Shown: positions 51,816-64,000 of the stretch, piece by piece
How the letters are laid out: each line of letters starts with the position of its first letter
Position numbering within the stretch: the stretch's first letter is position 1
Source: the human T2T-CHM13v2.0 reference genome, Homo sapiens
Assembly: GCF_009914755.1 (NCBI RefSeq)
Contig: NC_060927.1
Length of the DNA stretch: 64,000 nt
Reading direction: 5' to 3' (one strand)
The notes under the pieces: model-generated
What the model was told of the DNA's origin: nothing
Databases searched by the model: none
The model's input: only the letters and a program-made list of their open reading frames with translations
Made by a program: the position numbers and the translations under genes

Positions 51816-52117
51816 AACATGTAATGAAACTTGCACTAGACGTTTATGGTACATTGCACTTATCTTTTATTTTACACACTGTTTATTATCTGTCTTTCTC
51901 ACATAATAACTGTTTTGTTTTCAAAGGATGAGAATATAATCATTTTTCTGATATCCAATCCAGTACTTATGATAGTACATAGGCTATCATAGAACAAATA
52001 CAATTTGAGTTCTACTTGCAGTTTTTGTACTGAACAAACCACCTAACAGTTTTATAGTATTTAATGTATTCATTCTTTAATGGATTAGAGTTCTAATTCA
52101 ATCATGGGCTGCAAGCA

Positions 52118-52715
52118 GAGTCATGTATTGTGTAATGAAGGGGACACATTCTGAGATATGCCTCTTAGATTATTTTATTGTTGCATGAACATAACACAGT
52201 GTACTTACATAGACCTAGGTGGTATAGCCTATGACACACCCAGGGTAAATGGTATAGCCCATTGTTTCTAGGTTACAAACCTGTACAGCATGTTACTGTA
52301 CTAAATACTGTAGGCAATTGTATAACAGTGGTAAGTATTTGTGTATCTAAGCATATCTAAACATAAAAGAGGTACAGCAAAAATACAGTATAAAAAATAA
52401 CAAATAGTTCATCTGTATCAGGTATTGACCTTGAATGAAACTTGCAGGTCTGGAAGTTGTTCTGGGTGAGTCAGTGAGTGGTGAGTGAATACGAAGGCCT
52501 AGGATATTATTCTTCACCACTCTTGACTTTATAAACATTGTACACTTAGGCTACACTGTATTTATTAAAAACATACACTAATTGCAGTAGGATGTTACAA
52601 TGACTTTGACGTCACTAGGCGAAAGGGATGTTTCAGCTCCTTTATAATCTTACAGGACTACCATCATATATGTGATCTGTTGCAAAGCAAAGTGTCATCA
52701 TATGGAGAATGACTG
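52118..52715. mobile_element. Tigger3 (MER7/Golem) derivative, ~600 bp
   Basis: agtcatg...cattctgaga left end; tacaaacctgtacagcatgttactgtact; ttataatcttacaggactacc...atgactg|ta right end. Confidence 0.88.
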
Positions 52716-53157
52716 TACTCAACTTTGTAGTCTATTTACACAAGGATGTTTGGCGAACAAGAAGGAGGTCAAACCAGGAATGTGGATTGATGGACTGGAT
52801 TTGTTCCCCACCGAGGTGACCCAAGGACCAAATTATGCCAAAGTACTTAATATGATAAAATTAATCTCAATTTCTCTGTTACTGATTTCTAAGAAATTCA
52901 ATATTATGGACAGTTGCATGGTAACAAAAGACCCAAACAAGCAATGGCAATGTGCATTCTGAGGCAAGTAACCACGTGGAATTTCCAGTAATCTGTCTGA
53001 GTTAAAGCTGTGCCTCAGTCAGTGGCTAAAAGCACAGGGGAAGGGATTTAATCTTTGAGAATCCCTTTGGATCCTGAGCACTGAGGTGGGGGCAGCTCTG
53101 CATCCCAGAGAATGGGATGTCAGGTTCCAGCACTAGTGCCCTGAATACCCGAACTAA

Positions 53158-53479
<322 letters not shown>

Positions 53480-56086
53480 AAAAACTTCATTCTTTAGCAT
53501 GTCCTTCAGAATCTTCTGATTCTACCAAAGCTCTGAAGTACTTATCCATTTTGAGTTTTTTCAACCTCTGTACTTTGTAGATAATAACTGAAAACACTGC
53601 AAAAGTTATTCTTGCTTATAAATACGAAGAGACAATCCACCCATGTTAAGAGTTTTGTATACATTCCTAATCTATAAAAAGGTCTATTTTTTGCTTTTTC
53701 TTTTTAGCTAAGTGGTAACAACTTTCCAATTTCCCAAATTAATTATTGAGCTAAATAAAATTATTCATATGTACTATTTTTAAATGTATGAGTTGTGATT
53801 TTATTTTTTAAGGAAATGTACCTTTTACTAGTTTGGAGGTCGTACCAAGGTGCGTGGTAGATTTACCTGACAAGCCTAGATACACTTTATCTCCAGAGTG
53901 CTGTATCTCACCAGCTGCTTAAGTCAACTGACATCATTTATAGTTTCTCATCCAAAGTGAAAACGGAATATTGATGGTTCTTTGTTTTCATAATTTTAAT
54001 TCTTTTCTCTATTATGTTTGTGTTTTGATTCACTTACAACTGATATATTACTTTCCACTGGTGGCAGCAAAGATTGAAGATTTGGTTTTATGGTCTAAAC
54101 ATCTGGTAAGCTCTGTTATGGACATCTATTTTATTTTGGGTGAAAGACTGCAGAAAACCTGGCTTATTAGTCCTTGTTTGTTTCTATATTTTTCTACTTT
54201 GAGTTCAAATCACTCAAGGTTTTCACTTCTACCAGAAATGAGAATAGCTACTTAATTGAACATGAAATTAAAAAAAAGTTTCCATATTTACTATTGACCC
54301 ATGACACATGGTAGCATTGAACCTATGAACTCTCTCTGTGCCTATACACAGAGAGAGAGAGAGTTTCTCTACGCATCTGGAAATCAGAAAGATTTTTACA
54401 TTTAGTTGTGTGAGTTTGCCATGTTTCTACTTCTGCAGAGTATTAATAACATATTTTAAAGTCAATTAAATTATGAATTCTATTCTTATTCATTCATGAA
54501 GACATATAAGTATATATACTTATATAAGCATATGTAGATATACAAAAATAAGCACATATGCATTATGTGACATATACCAAATATTGTTTCTTACATGGTG
54601 TGTTATATTGTCACTAATTCCCTTTTTTGTTATTCTGACCTTTAAAGAACAAATTAAGATAAATGGCTGATTTTATCATCTGGAAAATCTTCAAGTTTTA
54701 GTTGAAAATAAGAAAAAGTAGAAATACTTTACAACACTCTAATTTTCTCATCTGTTAAAATGCCATCAGCAATTGTGGATGCCATCTATTCATTTTGAGA
54801 TATTGACAGGTGGTATGGAACAATAGATAGTCTTGACAAATTATAGACCCTTTGGGGAGAACACTAATAAGCAACTTGTAGGAGTTCATCCATTATCATA
54901 TAGTATATTTCTTTTGTCATGGATTAACCATTCCCTGAATTCACACAGATTTCTAGTTCTCTAGATAGGCCATATTTTCTATTTTTTGTGTAAACTAGTT
55001 AAATATTCATGAACTTAACTTGTTTTCACTCCACGTTATATGCCCTGAGGCTACTACAAAAGATTAGTTAATGCAAGTTGTCTTATATTGAGATAACCTA
55101 TAAGCGGGGGTAGTAGAGAGATAACTGATAGTTTTCAACTTCATTTAGTGCATATTTTCAAAGCTCTTTAAATGACTGCTAAAAGAACATGCTGTATCTA
55201 ATGAAGAATAAATCTACTTGTGTAATTTGACAGGGCTTTATTATCGTGTAACAAACCAATAATCTTAATAAGAACCCTATTATTCACAGGAAACTGATAA
55301 ACTAGTATTAAGTTTTAGTATAATCACTGAATGTTTGCAATCAATTTGGAAAAAATTTACATTGGAAAAAAATTACATACTGACTTCTCTCTCTCTGTCT
55401 GTCTTTTTATTTGGTACAATCAATGATTTCTTAAAGCACTTCATATTTCACTTTTCATACAATAGGAAGCTGAAGAAAAAACAATATTTGCATTAATATA
55501 TGCAGTATATTAGGTAGAGTGACATTATTTCCTACTTAAATTTTCAATTAATTACATTAGGCTCCACATTATTTGCATAAATATGTTTAATACTGTTAAG
55601 AGTGGAAACATTTGTTCATCACTCTGGCAGATTATCAGTGATATGTGAACCTTTTTCAAAGCTGATACCAACTTTCTCTGAGGATACTGATAACGATGCA
55701 TTATTTTATTCTTATTGTTTCCTTAGGTTAAATGTAAAATTTACCATGAGAGGAAAGTCATTTTTATAAGAAAAACCTACATAGATCTACATAATCTAAT
55801 TATATATGCTCCTTGATTACATCCCCCACAGCAGTTCACAAATGAAGATGGTTGCATTTGACAATTACTAGGTGATTTGGTACAACTGAAATGAGCTTCT
55901 TATTATTTCAGTATACGAAAAATCTGAAGAAAATAGTCTTACAAGATATAATTAAACAATACACTTGGGATTGCAGATATAATTTGCTTTAAGAAAATTG
56001 AGATTTTATATCACAATAATAATGACATTTATTTGCAATTCTTTTCTTAAACTCAACAGGGAGAGTGTCAAATGACCTTTACATAA

Positions 56087-56130
56087 ACACACATATATAT
56101 ATAGTATGTGTGTGTGTGTATGCATGTATA
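56087..56130. repeat. (CA)(TA)(TG) compound microsatellite
   Basis: Directly visible. Confidence 0.85.
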
Positions 56131-57285
56131 ATATTGAGTTCTGTAGAACACATGACAAGAGAAAAAGCATACCAAGAGTAAATTTTTTTAAGTAAACAAA
56201 ATTACTTGCTTTCATTAAGCATAGTGGATTTCAAAATTTGAAGATAGGGAATGCTTTCTTCAAATGAAATTTAACTCTGATGTTCAGTAAGTAAAACTTA
56301 TTAAGCAGGTTGGATGAAAGGCTTAAGACAGTATTTTTGGACTTCAGCGGCTTCTCAGATGCCACTTAGGGTCTTCTGTGGCACACAGTTTGAAGATGTC
56401 TAATGTTAAGTATGCTAACTCAGTGCCATACATATTTGCTTTCTTTACAAATGAGCACAAGTCATGTTTGGCTTTTAGGTTTTTGGGGTTTTTCCCCAAT
56501 CACTACAGAGAAACCGATAGAGAATATAAATAACAAATATGAGAATGTTATAAACTCAAATAATGTTTTCTAATATCTTAGTATTGCTTCATTCCCTCAA
56601 ATTCCTGACTTAATTATGAGATTTTTACGAAGTATTCCTGGACTTTCTCTTTCTGATATTTCCCCCTCATATAAAACTCAATAAATCATCCTCTTTCTTC
56701 AGATTCATCTTTTCCTGAAAACTCTGAAGACATCTACCACTATAGTAGCCTCGCTTACTACGATGTGCTTCAGTTTAGTCCTACTGGTAATTTTTTGCCA
56801 GACACAGCTGGTTTCTTGAGAAACAAAGATTATTCATTGATGGACTCAGAAGGTCCTCAAAGAGGTTACAGTCAAATAGAGAAGCAGGCATATGAAATAC
56901 AAGAGTATGGTAACTCGTATGTACACATGATAAAAGTCCCTTGAAGAGAGCAGTGCATTTTAAAGTAAGTCATTTGTATAACTGAAGCTCTCCAGGAGGG
57001 CCTTTTTAATACACTCTGCGTTATGCTCTATGTGGATGGTTTAAATGCTAAATCAAAAATATCTATCTGTATTGATTGGTGCTGTTGTAGCATCAACTCA
57101 AATTGCCAGAATTTGAATCAGAACCAGCCAGAAGAGATCCTTAGGTTCGAAATTTATTTTAAAATATTTTATTTTTATAATTTAATTGGTTTCCTGTAAT
57201 CCAGATAAATTTGTCACACTGTATTTTAGTCAAAACCCACTACTGAACATCTTGTATGCATAGTTCACACTGGATATTGTTCTTC

Positions 57286-57339
57286 ATGTAAAATTGTAAT
57301 GTGATGTAAAATCTTGATGTAAAATCTTAATGTAAAATT
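57286..57339. repeat. Short tandem repeat, core atgtaaaat x4 (13-bp period for three units)
   Basis: atgtaaaat at 57286, 57304, 57317 and 57330. Confidence 0.85.
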
Positions 57340-58488
57340 ATATAAGTAGAAATGATTCATTATTTTCGTCAGAAGAATTTCATTTTATGTTTTAATTATA
57401 TTAACAATAAGAGAAGTAAATTAAATCCACCTAAATTCAAACACATTATGTTCTTATGAATAACTTAGATTCACTCATGTTTGAAAGATACTTGCATTCC
57501 CTTTAATTGCAAACATATCTTTCCCTAGACTGCATAATATTTATAGATAAAACCACCTATAAATTATTTACTTCCTTTTTTGATAGATGTTCTAAACAAT
57601 TTTAAATTAACATTTCTATAATTCTTTTTAAAGATTTCAAATAAGCTAAATTGCAAGTTAAAGTTGTTACATAAAATGAATTATGTATACATATGAACAC
57701 AAAACAAAAACATTTCATTTAAATTTCACTAATTCTGTTGTGTGAGCTCACAATTTTTTTTACAAAAGACAAGACCATAGAAGGAGACCCACAGTTAGAA
57801 AAGTAAGAACCAGAGTTTGAAGGCCCAACTTTTAAGAGTAATTTAAAATCATCTGCATTTGTTGCAAAACATTTACTTGTGATTAGAAAATGCTTTTGAA
57901 TATAGGCAAGAAAAAAAATCATTGAAAATAATAATGACTTGGATGCTAAGCACTTATCATCATACTCTAGTTCTAAGTATCAAATTGCTGCATGAACATA
58001 AACGTTTTTATAGCTAGTAATAGTTATATTTGAAACATCAAAATAGGTCTTATTTAGCTAAATATTCAAATAAAATATTGAGGTTGGATCAGTCTGGTCT
58101 TCAACTTTCTTTTTTCCTTCATTACAGTCTAGCTGGGAAATAATATTTGTTCCTCATAAAAAACCTTCACAATAAAAGTTAAATCATAAAGTATAATTGA
58201 ACACTTTCAGCCTATTTATGCAAGTAGATTTAATTTTTAAGTGAAAAAAATTATATTCAGGTATTGTCAGCCTTAAAGATTGTGTTTGAAAAGAGTAAAC
58301 CTGCAAAAAGTTGTTGGAGTGTCTGTGTTCTGAGGTGATGTTCAGTAATTTCCTCTCAAACTCCCCACCCATGCAGATGGACAGTTAGTTTTTACTATCA
58401 TTCCACAGAGTGCCCCAAGCTCTCGTTACCTTGTATTAAGCTAACAAGTATCTTCGGAAATAATGAATAAAAGGCATATTCGGGGGGA

Positions 58489-58783
58489 TTTTTTTTTTTT
58501 TTGATAGTGTCTCATTTTGTCATTCAGGCTGGAGTTCAGTGGCATGATCACAGCTCATTGCAGCCTTGACCTCATGGGCTCAAGAGATCCTCCTGCCTAA
58601 GCCTCCTGTGTAGCTGAAACAACAGGCATGTGCCACCACATGCAGCTAAGTTTTTGATTGTTATTATATTTTTGTAGAAATGAGGTCTCACTTTGTTGTC
58701 CAGACTGGTCTTGAACTCCTGAGCTCAAGCAATCCTCCTGCCTCAGCTTCCCAAAGTGCTGAGATTACAAGTGTGAGCCACTG
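58489..58783 (-). mobile_element. Alu (AluJ)
   Basis: gcagccttgacctcatgggctcaag and ctcctgagctcaagcaatcc AluJ diagnostics. Confidence 0.94.
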
Positions 58784-59200
58784 GGATGTTGTTTTCAATG
58801 GCTCCAAATAATACCCATCTATACCACCAGTAATAATAATGCTATCATTTTGACTCTATAATTCAAGTTAAAATATGTCATAGCAAATGAATTTGTAAGT
58901 CACTAAATTTATCTTTTGCTTCTCTCTGACCCCTCTTCTTAAGTTTCTCCCCATATGTTTGGTGAATGAATAAATGAAATAACAAACAAAGTGCCCTGGG
59001 AGCTACTATGGAGTTTGTTGCTCGAGAAGAAATGGAGCAATGATTGATGTCCAAATCCTGAAATAATAGGAGTTTTATTTAATTCACATTAATATTTTAA
59101 TCATTGTCAAAACACGGGTATCCTTAGAATACGAAATACCTGAAAATTATATCAGATACACTATCTGCATAAAGAGGCTTTGAAGACAGTAACAGTACAT

Positions 59201-59262
59201 TAAAATATAAACACCAAATACAATGTGAAATATAAAATATAAACACCAAATACAATGTGAAA
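59201..59262. repeat. Tandem duplication, 32-bp period
   Basis: taaaatataaacaccaaatacaatgtgaaa at 59201-59230 and 59233-59262. Confidence 0.95.
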
Positions 59263-59267
59263 AGTGA

Positions 59268-59566
59268 GTAGGTACCGCGGCTTATGCTTGTAATCCCAGC
59301 ACTCTGGGAGGCCGAGGTGGATGAGTCACCTGAGGTCAGGAGTTTGAGACCAGCCTGGTCAACATGATGAAACCCCGCCTCTACTAAAAATACGAAAATT
59401 AGCTGGTGTGGTGGTGCATGCCTATAATCCCAGCTACTCAGGAGGCTGAGGCAGGAGAGCTGCTTGAACCTGGGAGGTGCAGGTTGCAGTGAGGGAGAAC
59501 GTGCCACTGCACACCAGCCTGGGTGACAGAGCAAGACTGGCTCCACCCCATCCATGCCCAAAAAAA
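59268..59566 (+). mobile_element. Alu (AluSx-like) with atypical 3' end
   Basis: Dimer; TSD gtgaaaagt at 59257-59265 and 59567-59575. Confidence 0.93.
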
Positions 59567-59579
59567 GTGAAAAGTAACA

Positions 59580-60517
59580 GATTTGTGAAATAATAGTTAC
59601 ATTTAATGAAGTTATTCATAGATGGGTATATTGATAGTTACATATGTACATTTACAGATAAAAATATCTCAGAAATAAGGGTTATTTTCTAAAATAAATA
59701 ATTAAGTTATAAAAATTAATTAAAATCCAAACAGGAAAAAAGGACAACCCATAACAACAAGCAACTTATAGGGGGAGTTGCAATAGACAATACATGTTTG
59801 AAGCTACATAAAAGCTAAGTAGTCTAATAGATGATACACATTAAAGTGATAAAAGGATATCATTTTATATTACTCACTTCAAACCAAAAATAAAAGTTTA
59901 CTAATGTAAATAAAATTTCAGATTTGATGTAGAGGAATATTGCTGACAGAGTGAAAATAAATACAGGGAAACAACCATTTGGGGGAACAATTCAGTAATA
60001 AGTATTAATATGAATCTTGAATCTATCCTATAACCCAGAAAGTATACTATTAGATATATACCGTAGAGAAATTCTACCATAAAAATGTTTGTATTGAAGT
60101 ATATTCCTATATGTAATCTAGAAGATAATTAAACTAACATTATTGGTAAAATGAAAAAGATCTTAAAACACAATGACATTACATGAAAATGTCGGAGGTA
60201 AAAAGGCATATACATCAGATTTCCCTTTACGTGGAGTTTGTAAGCATGCACAATAATACCATATATATTTGTATAATACCATATATTCTTTATATTTATA
60301 CATATATTTTAAATTAACACATAGTAGGAATTATAGACACTAAATTTGGAATAGTAGTTATCTCTGGAATCATTGTGGGGGACTGAGATCAATTAAGTAA
60401 AAAAGAAGCTTCAGTTATATCTACAATGTTTTGGTTATTAAACTCTATGGTTGATACAAGTGTTTGTTATATTGGTATTTATCTTTGTTTTTGCATAAAA
60501 TATTTACTTTTTAAAAT
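59580..60517 (+). mobile_element. Old L1 (L1ME/MC4-type) 3' end relic
   Basis: ccctataacccagaaagtatactattagatatatacc; aatagtagttatctctgg; gatacaagtgtttgttatatt. Confidence 0.65.
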
Positions 60518-60716
60518 GATAAGGGAATATTGAGTCAGTAGCTCATATTTGCAAAGTGAGCTGCATAAGAAGATCTGAAAAGAGAATTAAAACCCTGAAA
60601 AACCTACTTTAAGGAAATGCTGGAATAGTTCGAGGTGAATACAACAAAATCCTTATCGGTTAGTATAATGTTAATAATTTATAATGTATGTTTCTTTCTG
60701 ATTTTTGCTTTCTTAG

Positions 60717-60899
60717 TTGGTGGTAATCATAAAATCAAGAACAGTGAACTGCAGGCGGAGTAATTCTAACTTTCATTTAGCTTGTCCCTCCTGCTCTTCT
60801 TCCTCCAGCATATATGTCTCTCCAGAGAGGACAGTTGGAAAGTCCTTGATCCTTGATATAAATAGGCAGAAGACAACTGAGGATCTTTTCACTAAAAAG
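60717..60899 (+). other. Candidate internal exon, 183 nt, phase 0-0, open frame
   Basis: Acceptor tttctttctgatttttgctttcttag|; donor AAG|gtaaaa; 61 codons without a stop; peptide not recognised. Confidence 0.3.
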
Positions 60900-61084
60900 G
60901 TAAAATTTGATTAAAAAAGAAATCACATAAGGCAGTTGCAATATTAATAAACTGTGCTTTGGCATTTTTAATATAAAATTACTCTGGATGACTATTTTAA
61001 TTTTTCATTATATTAAAAATAGTCTCAACTATAAAACATATCTACTGCTTAAAATTGTTAATTTCCAATAAGGCAAACCAGAGC

Positions 61085-64000
61085 CTTTTTAGTATCCCTC
61101 ACCCACTTGGAAGAATCAAAGTGGTGTGTAGAGATTCACAATGTGAACTTTTATCCAATAAAGAGCAGAGGAATTCAACGGAAGCAAAGGACATTTCAGA
61201 TTATGGAGAAAAGAAGATGCACAGGCAGGCTGCATGGAAGGGCCTGGCTGAGAACTGTCAGTAAAGCCCCAGTACAGGAGTGAGTGAGTGAGTGTCCCTC
61301 TGTGATCGAACTTTCCACTGAGCAGCATGAATTCCAGGCCATAGGGAAGCTCATTGATACTCCTAAGCCCTGGATGTAACTTGAGGAGTAGCAGAGAAAC
61401 TGAGAAGGAAGAGTGTTGGGATGAGTCCTACGTATACTTCCAGACATAGGCACTGAGAGAAGGAAACCATTTCTCATCCTAGTACATATCAGGCTGCCCG
61501 GGAGCCTGTCAGCTCTCCAGGGTGGCAGCCACTGGTTTGAGAGTCTCAGGAAAGGGACTGGCAATCTGGACTCGATCAAGCAGCTGAGGGGCCTCCATGG
61601 CCAGAACTGGGAAGCAAGTGTAGAATGGGCACAGACCAGCTGTGCTGGAGTTGGGCACCTTCCTTCCTGGGATTAGAGTGGGAGGAGATTTGCTGGGAGG
61701 TGTGGTTTCAACCTGGGGCAGTTTCACGGATGGAAGGCAAACTGCATGTGACTTGGCTGACTGTCACCTGCTGCCTGAGTTGGGCCACTGGGGGCAATCC
61801 CCTGGGTCTGGAGCATGAGAGCAAAGTGGATCTCACTTCCTCTTGCTTGGCTGTGAAGCTAGGACTGCCCTTCTTTACCCAGGCTGGAACTTTGGCACAA
61901 CAGTGATTGTTGTTTTCCTCCTCACTGGGGCATTTCTCCAGCGGCCTGAGATCTACTCCCTGACCCCTGTCAGGGCCAACACTTGCACCTATCATTGGGG
62001 TCCAAGGGAAGTCTTGCTCAACCCAGCCATTACCATCTTTGCTCCACACCCTACCTTAGATACAGAGCATATGTTCCAGACAACTGAGAGTTTCACAGCC
62101 CAATTAATCACCTGAGGCATGTGTACTTCTATTCGTTAACAAAGATTAAGTATAAACCATACTGCTACCACTGCATCTGGCTGTCATATCCAAGCTCTAC
62201 CTACTGGCTTGGAGGTCCACTGACAAAATTCATTACTACATCTGTTGACACTAGTGCACAGTGCTCAAGAAATAGACAAGCTTCCTGATACCTCTGCTAC
62301 CATTATTACCCATAGTAACTTGGCTACCAAGGAGGGAGAGAACCCATTCAGCTAAATGGCATGCCAAGTCACCACACAAAGGCTATTTATAAGTAACAAA
62401 ATTATACAGTCTTCTCCATTAAACGTATTAAGAAGCAAAGCCAAACAGCCTTACTCAACACACATCACAGTCACAGCCTCAAGGCTGTGACTCAAGGAGA
62501 AAATAGAAAGCAGAAGACCTGCCCCAACAAAAACAAATGCAAAAATTAAAAGAAGAGACTTTCTCCAGATGCAAATAATTCAGCAGAATAATACTGGACA
62601 TATAAAAAAGCAATGGGTTATGACACTCCAAAAGGAACACAATAGTACACTAGCAGTAGATCCTAACCAAAAAAGAAATCTTAGAAATGCCAGATGAAGA
62701 GTTCAAAATATTGATTTTAAAGAAATTCAATGAGATGCAAGAGAAATCTGAAAGCCAATACAAAGAAATGAGAACACCAATTCAGAATATGAATGGGAAG
62801 TTTACTAAGAAAATAGATGTTGAAAGGAAAGCATACAGAACTTTTGGAAATAAAAAATGTATTGAAGGACTTACAAATTACAGTTGAAAGCTTCCATAAT
62901 AGACTAGATCAAGTAGAAGAGAGAATCTCAGAACTTGAAGACAAATCTTTTGAATTAATTCAATCAAACTAAAATAAAAAATTAAAAAAAACCAATGCCC
63001 TCAGAAACTATGGAACAATATAAAGTGACTGTAATTACAAATTATTGACATTCCTGAGGAAGAAGAAAAATCAAAAGGCTTACAAAATCTATTTAAGAAC
63101 ATAGTTGATGATAACTTCCTGAGTCTAGCAAGATATTTGGCACCCAGATACAAGGGCCCCCAAAAAACCCACCCCAGATAAATACATTGCAAGAAAGGCT
63201 TCACCATAATATATAGTCACCAGACTGTATAAAACAAGATGAAGAAAAAAAAATCTAAATATCAGCAAGAGAAAAGCATCTAGTCAAGCAAGAGAAAAGC
63301 ATCTAGTCACCTATTAGAAAAAAACAAGCCCCCATCAGATTAACAATGGACTTCTAAGCAGAAACCTTACAAGCCAGAAGAGTTCAGAATATTATCTTCA
63401 AAGCACTTAAAGTAAAAATCCCTGCCAGCCATGAATTTATTCTTATTGTAATACCTGGTAACTATAACTTATCTCATCATAAGTTCATGGTTGGCATGGT
63501 TATTCTTCTCTTATAGCAATAAGCTTGTTCTTATCATAATAAGCTTCAGAAATGAAGGAGACAGAAAGTCCCAAAGAGAACACTTAGGAAATTTATCACC
63601 ACTAGACTGGTCTTACAAGATGATCAAAGGAGTTCTAACATGGAAACAAAATGACAATATTTGCCATTATAAAAACACACAAAGTACAAAACAAATAGGT
63701 CTTATAAAACAATTACACAAATGAGGATAAAAAACAAATAAAATGATATCATGACAGAACTCTACCAAAACTCAAAGACAAACATACAAAAAAATGAAAC
63801 AAAGAGTCTACAAGACAACTAGATAAAAATTAACATTATGACATAAACAAAACCTCACATGTCAAGATTAACCTTGAGCATAGACAGCTTAAATGATCAA
63901 CTAAAAATATATTAAGAGATGGAATGGATTAAAAACCTGAACTAACTATATGCTGCTTTAAAAAGGCAGACCTTCCTAGTAAAGAAACTTACAGACTGAA
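61085..64000 (+). mobile_element. L1M (L1MA/L1PB-age) 5' UTR + ORF1 + ORF2 start, running off the window
   Basis: GC-richer 5' UTR 61085-62500; ORF 62687..62887 MPDEEFKILILKKFNEMQEK resembles ORF1p; ORF2 start atg at 63838 followed by KPHMSRLTL-like sequence. Confidence 0.88.

Noticed and set aside
61196-62115. Cluster of ORFs in GC-richer sequence suggesting a gene or promoter
   Set aside because: Lies in the L1M 5' UTR; CpG-depleted, so not a CpG island.

Overview
AT-rich, CpG-poor primate (human-like) genomic DNA with no recognisable protein-coding gene, RNA gene or CpG island. It reads as a gene desert or a large intron. Well over half the window is interspersed repeat. This includes about 13 Alu/FRAM copies (most with readable TSDs), a complete MaLR (MSTA-type) provirus carrying a nested THE1B solo LTR, several nested old L1M elements, two L1PA fragments, a large L1M 5' portion at the right edge, L2/MIR relics and DNA-transposon relics (MER5-like, MER63A, Tigger4, Tigger3, MADE1). 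Nearly all ORFs in the track are repeat-derived or low-complexity. The most unusual item is an 'inside-out' L1PA at 42512-45874: its 3' end and poly(A) come first, followed by the rest of the element in the opposite orientation, with a 19-bp inverted overlap and no outer TSD. Also notable are DUX4-consensus sites and a consensus splice donor in the MaLR LTRs with a candidate downstream exon, a clean 183-nt candidate exon at 60717-60899, and several palindrome-plus-duplication scars resembling template-switch or Pol-theta repair. Subfamily calls are from memory of consensus sequences, not alignments. I cannot support a novel multi-gene system from this sequence alone.
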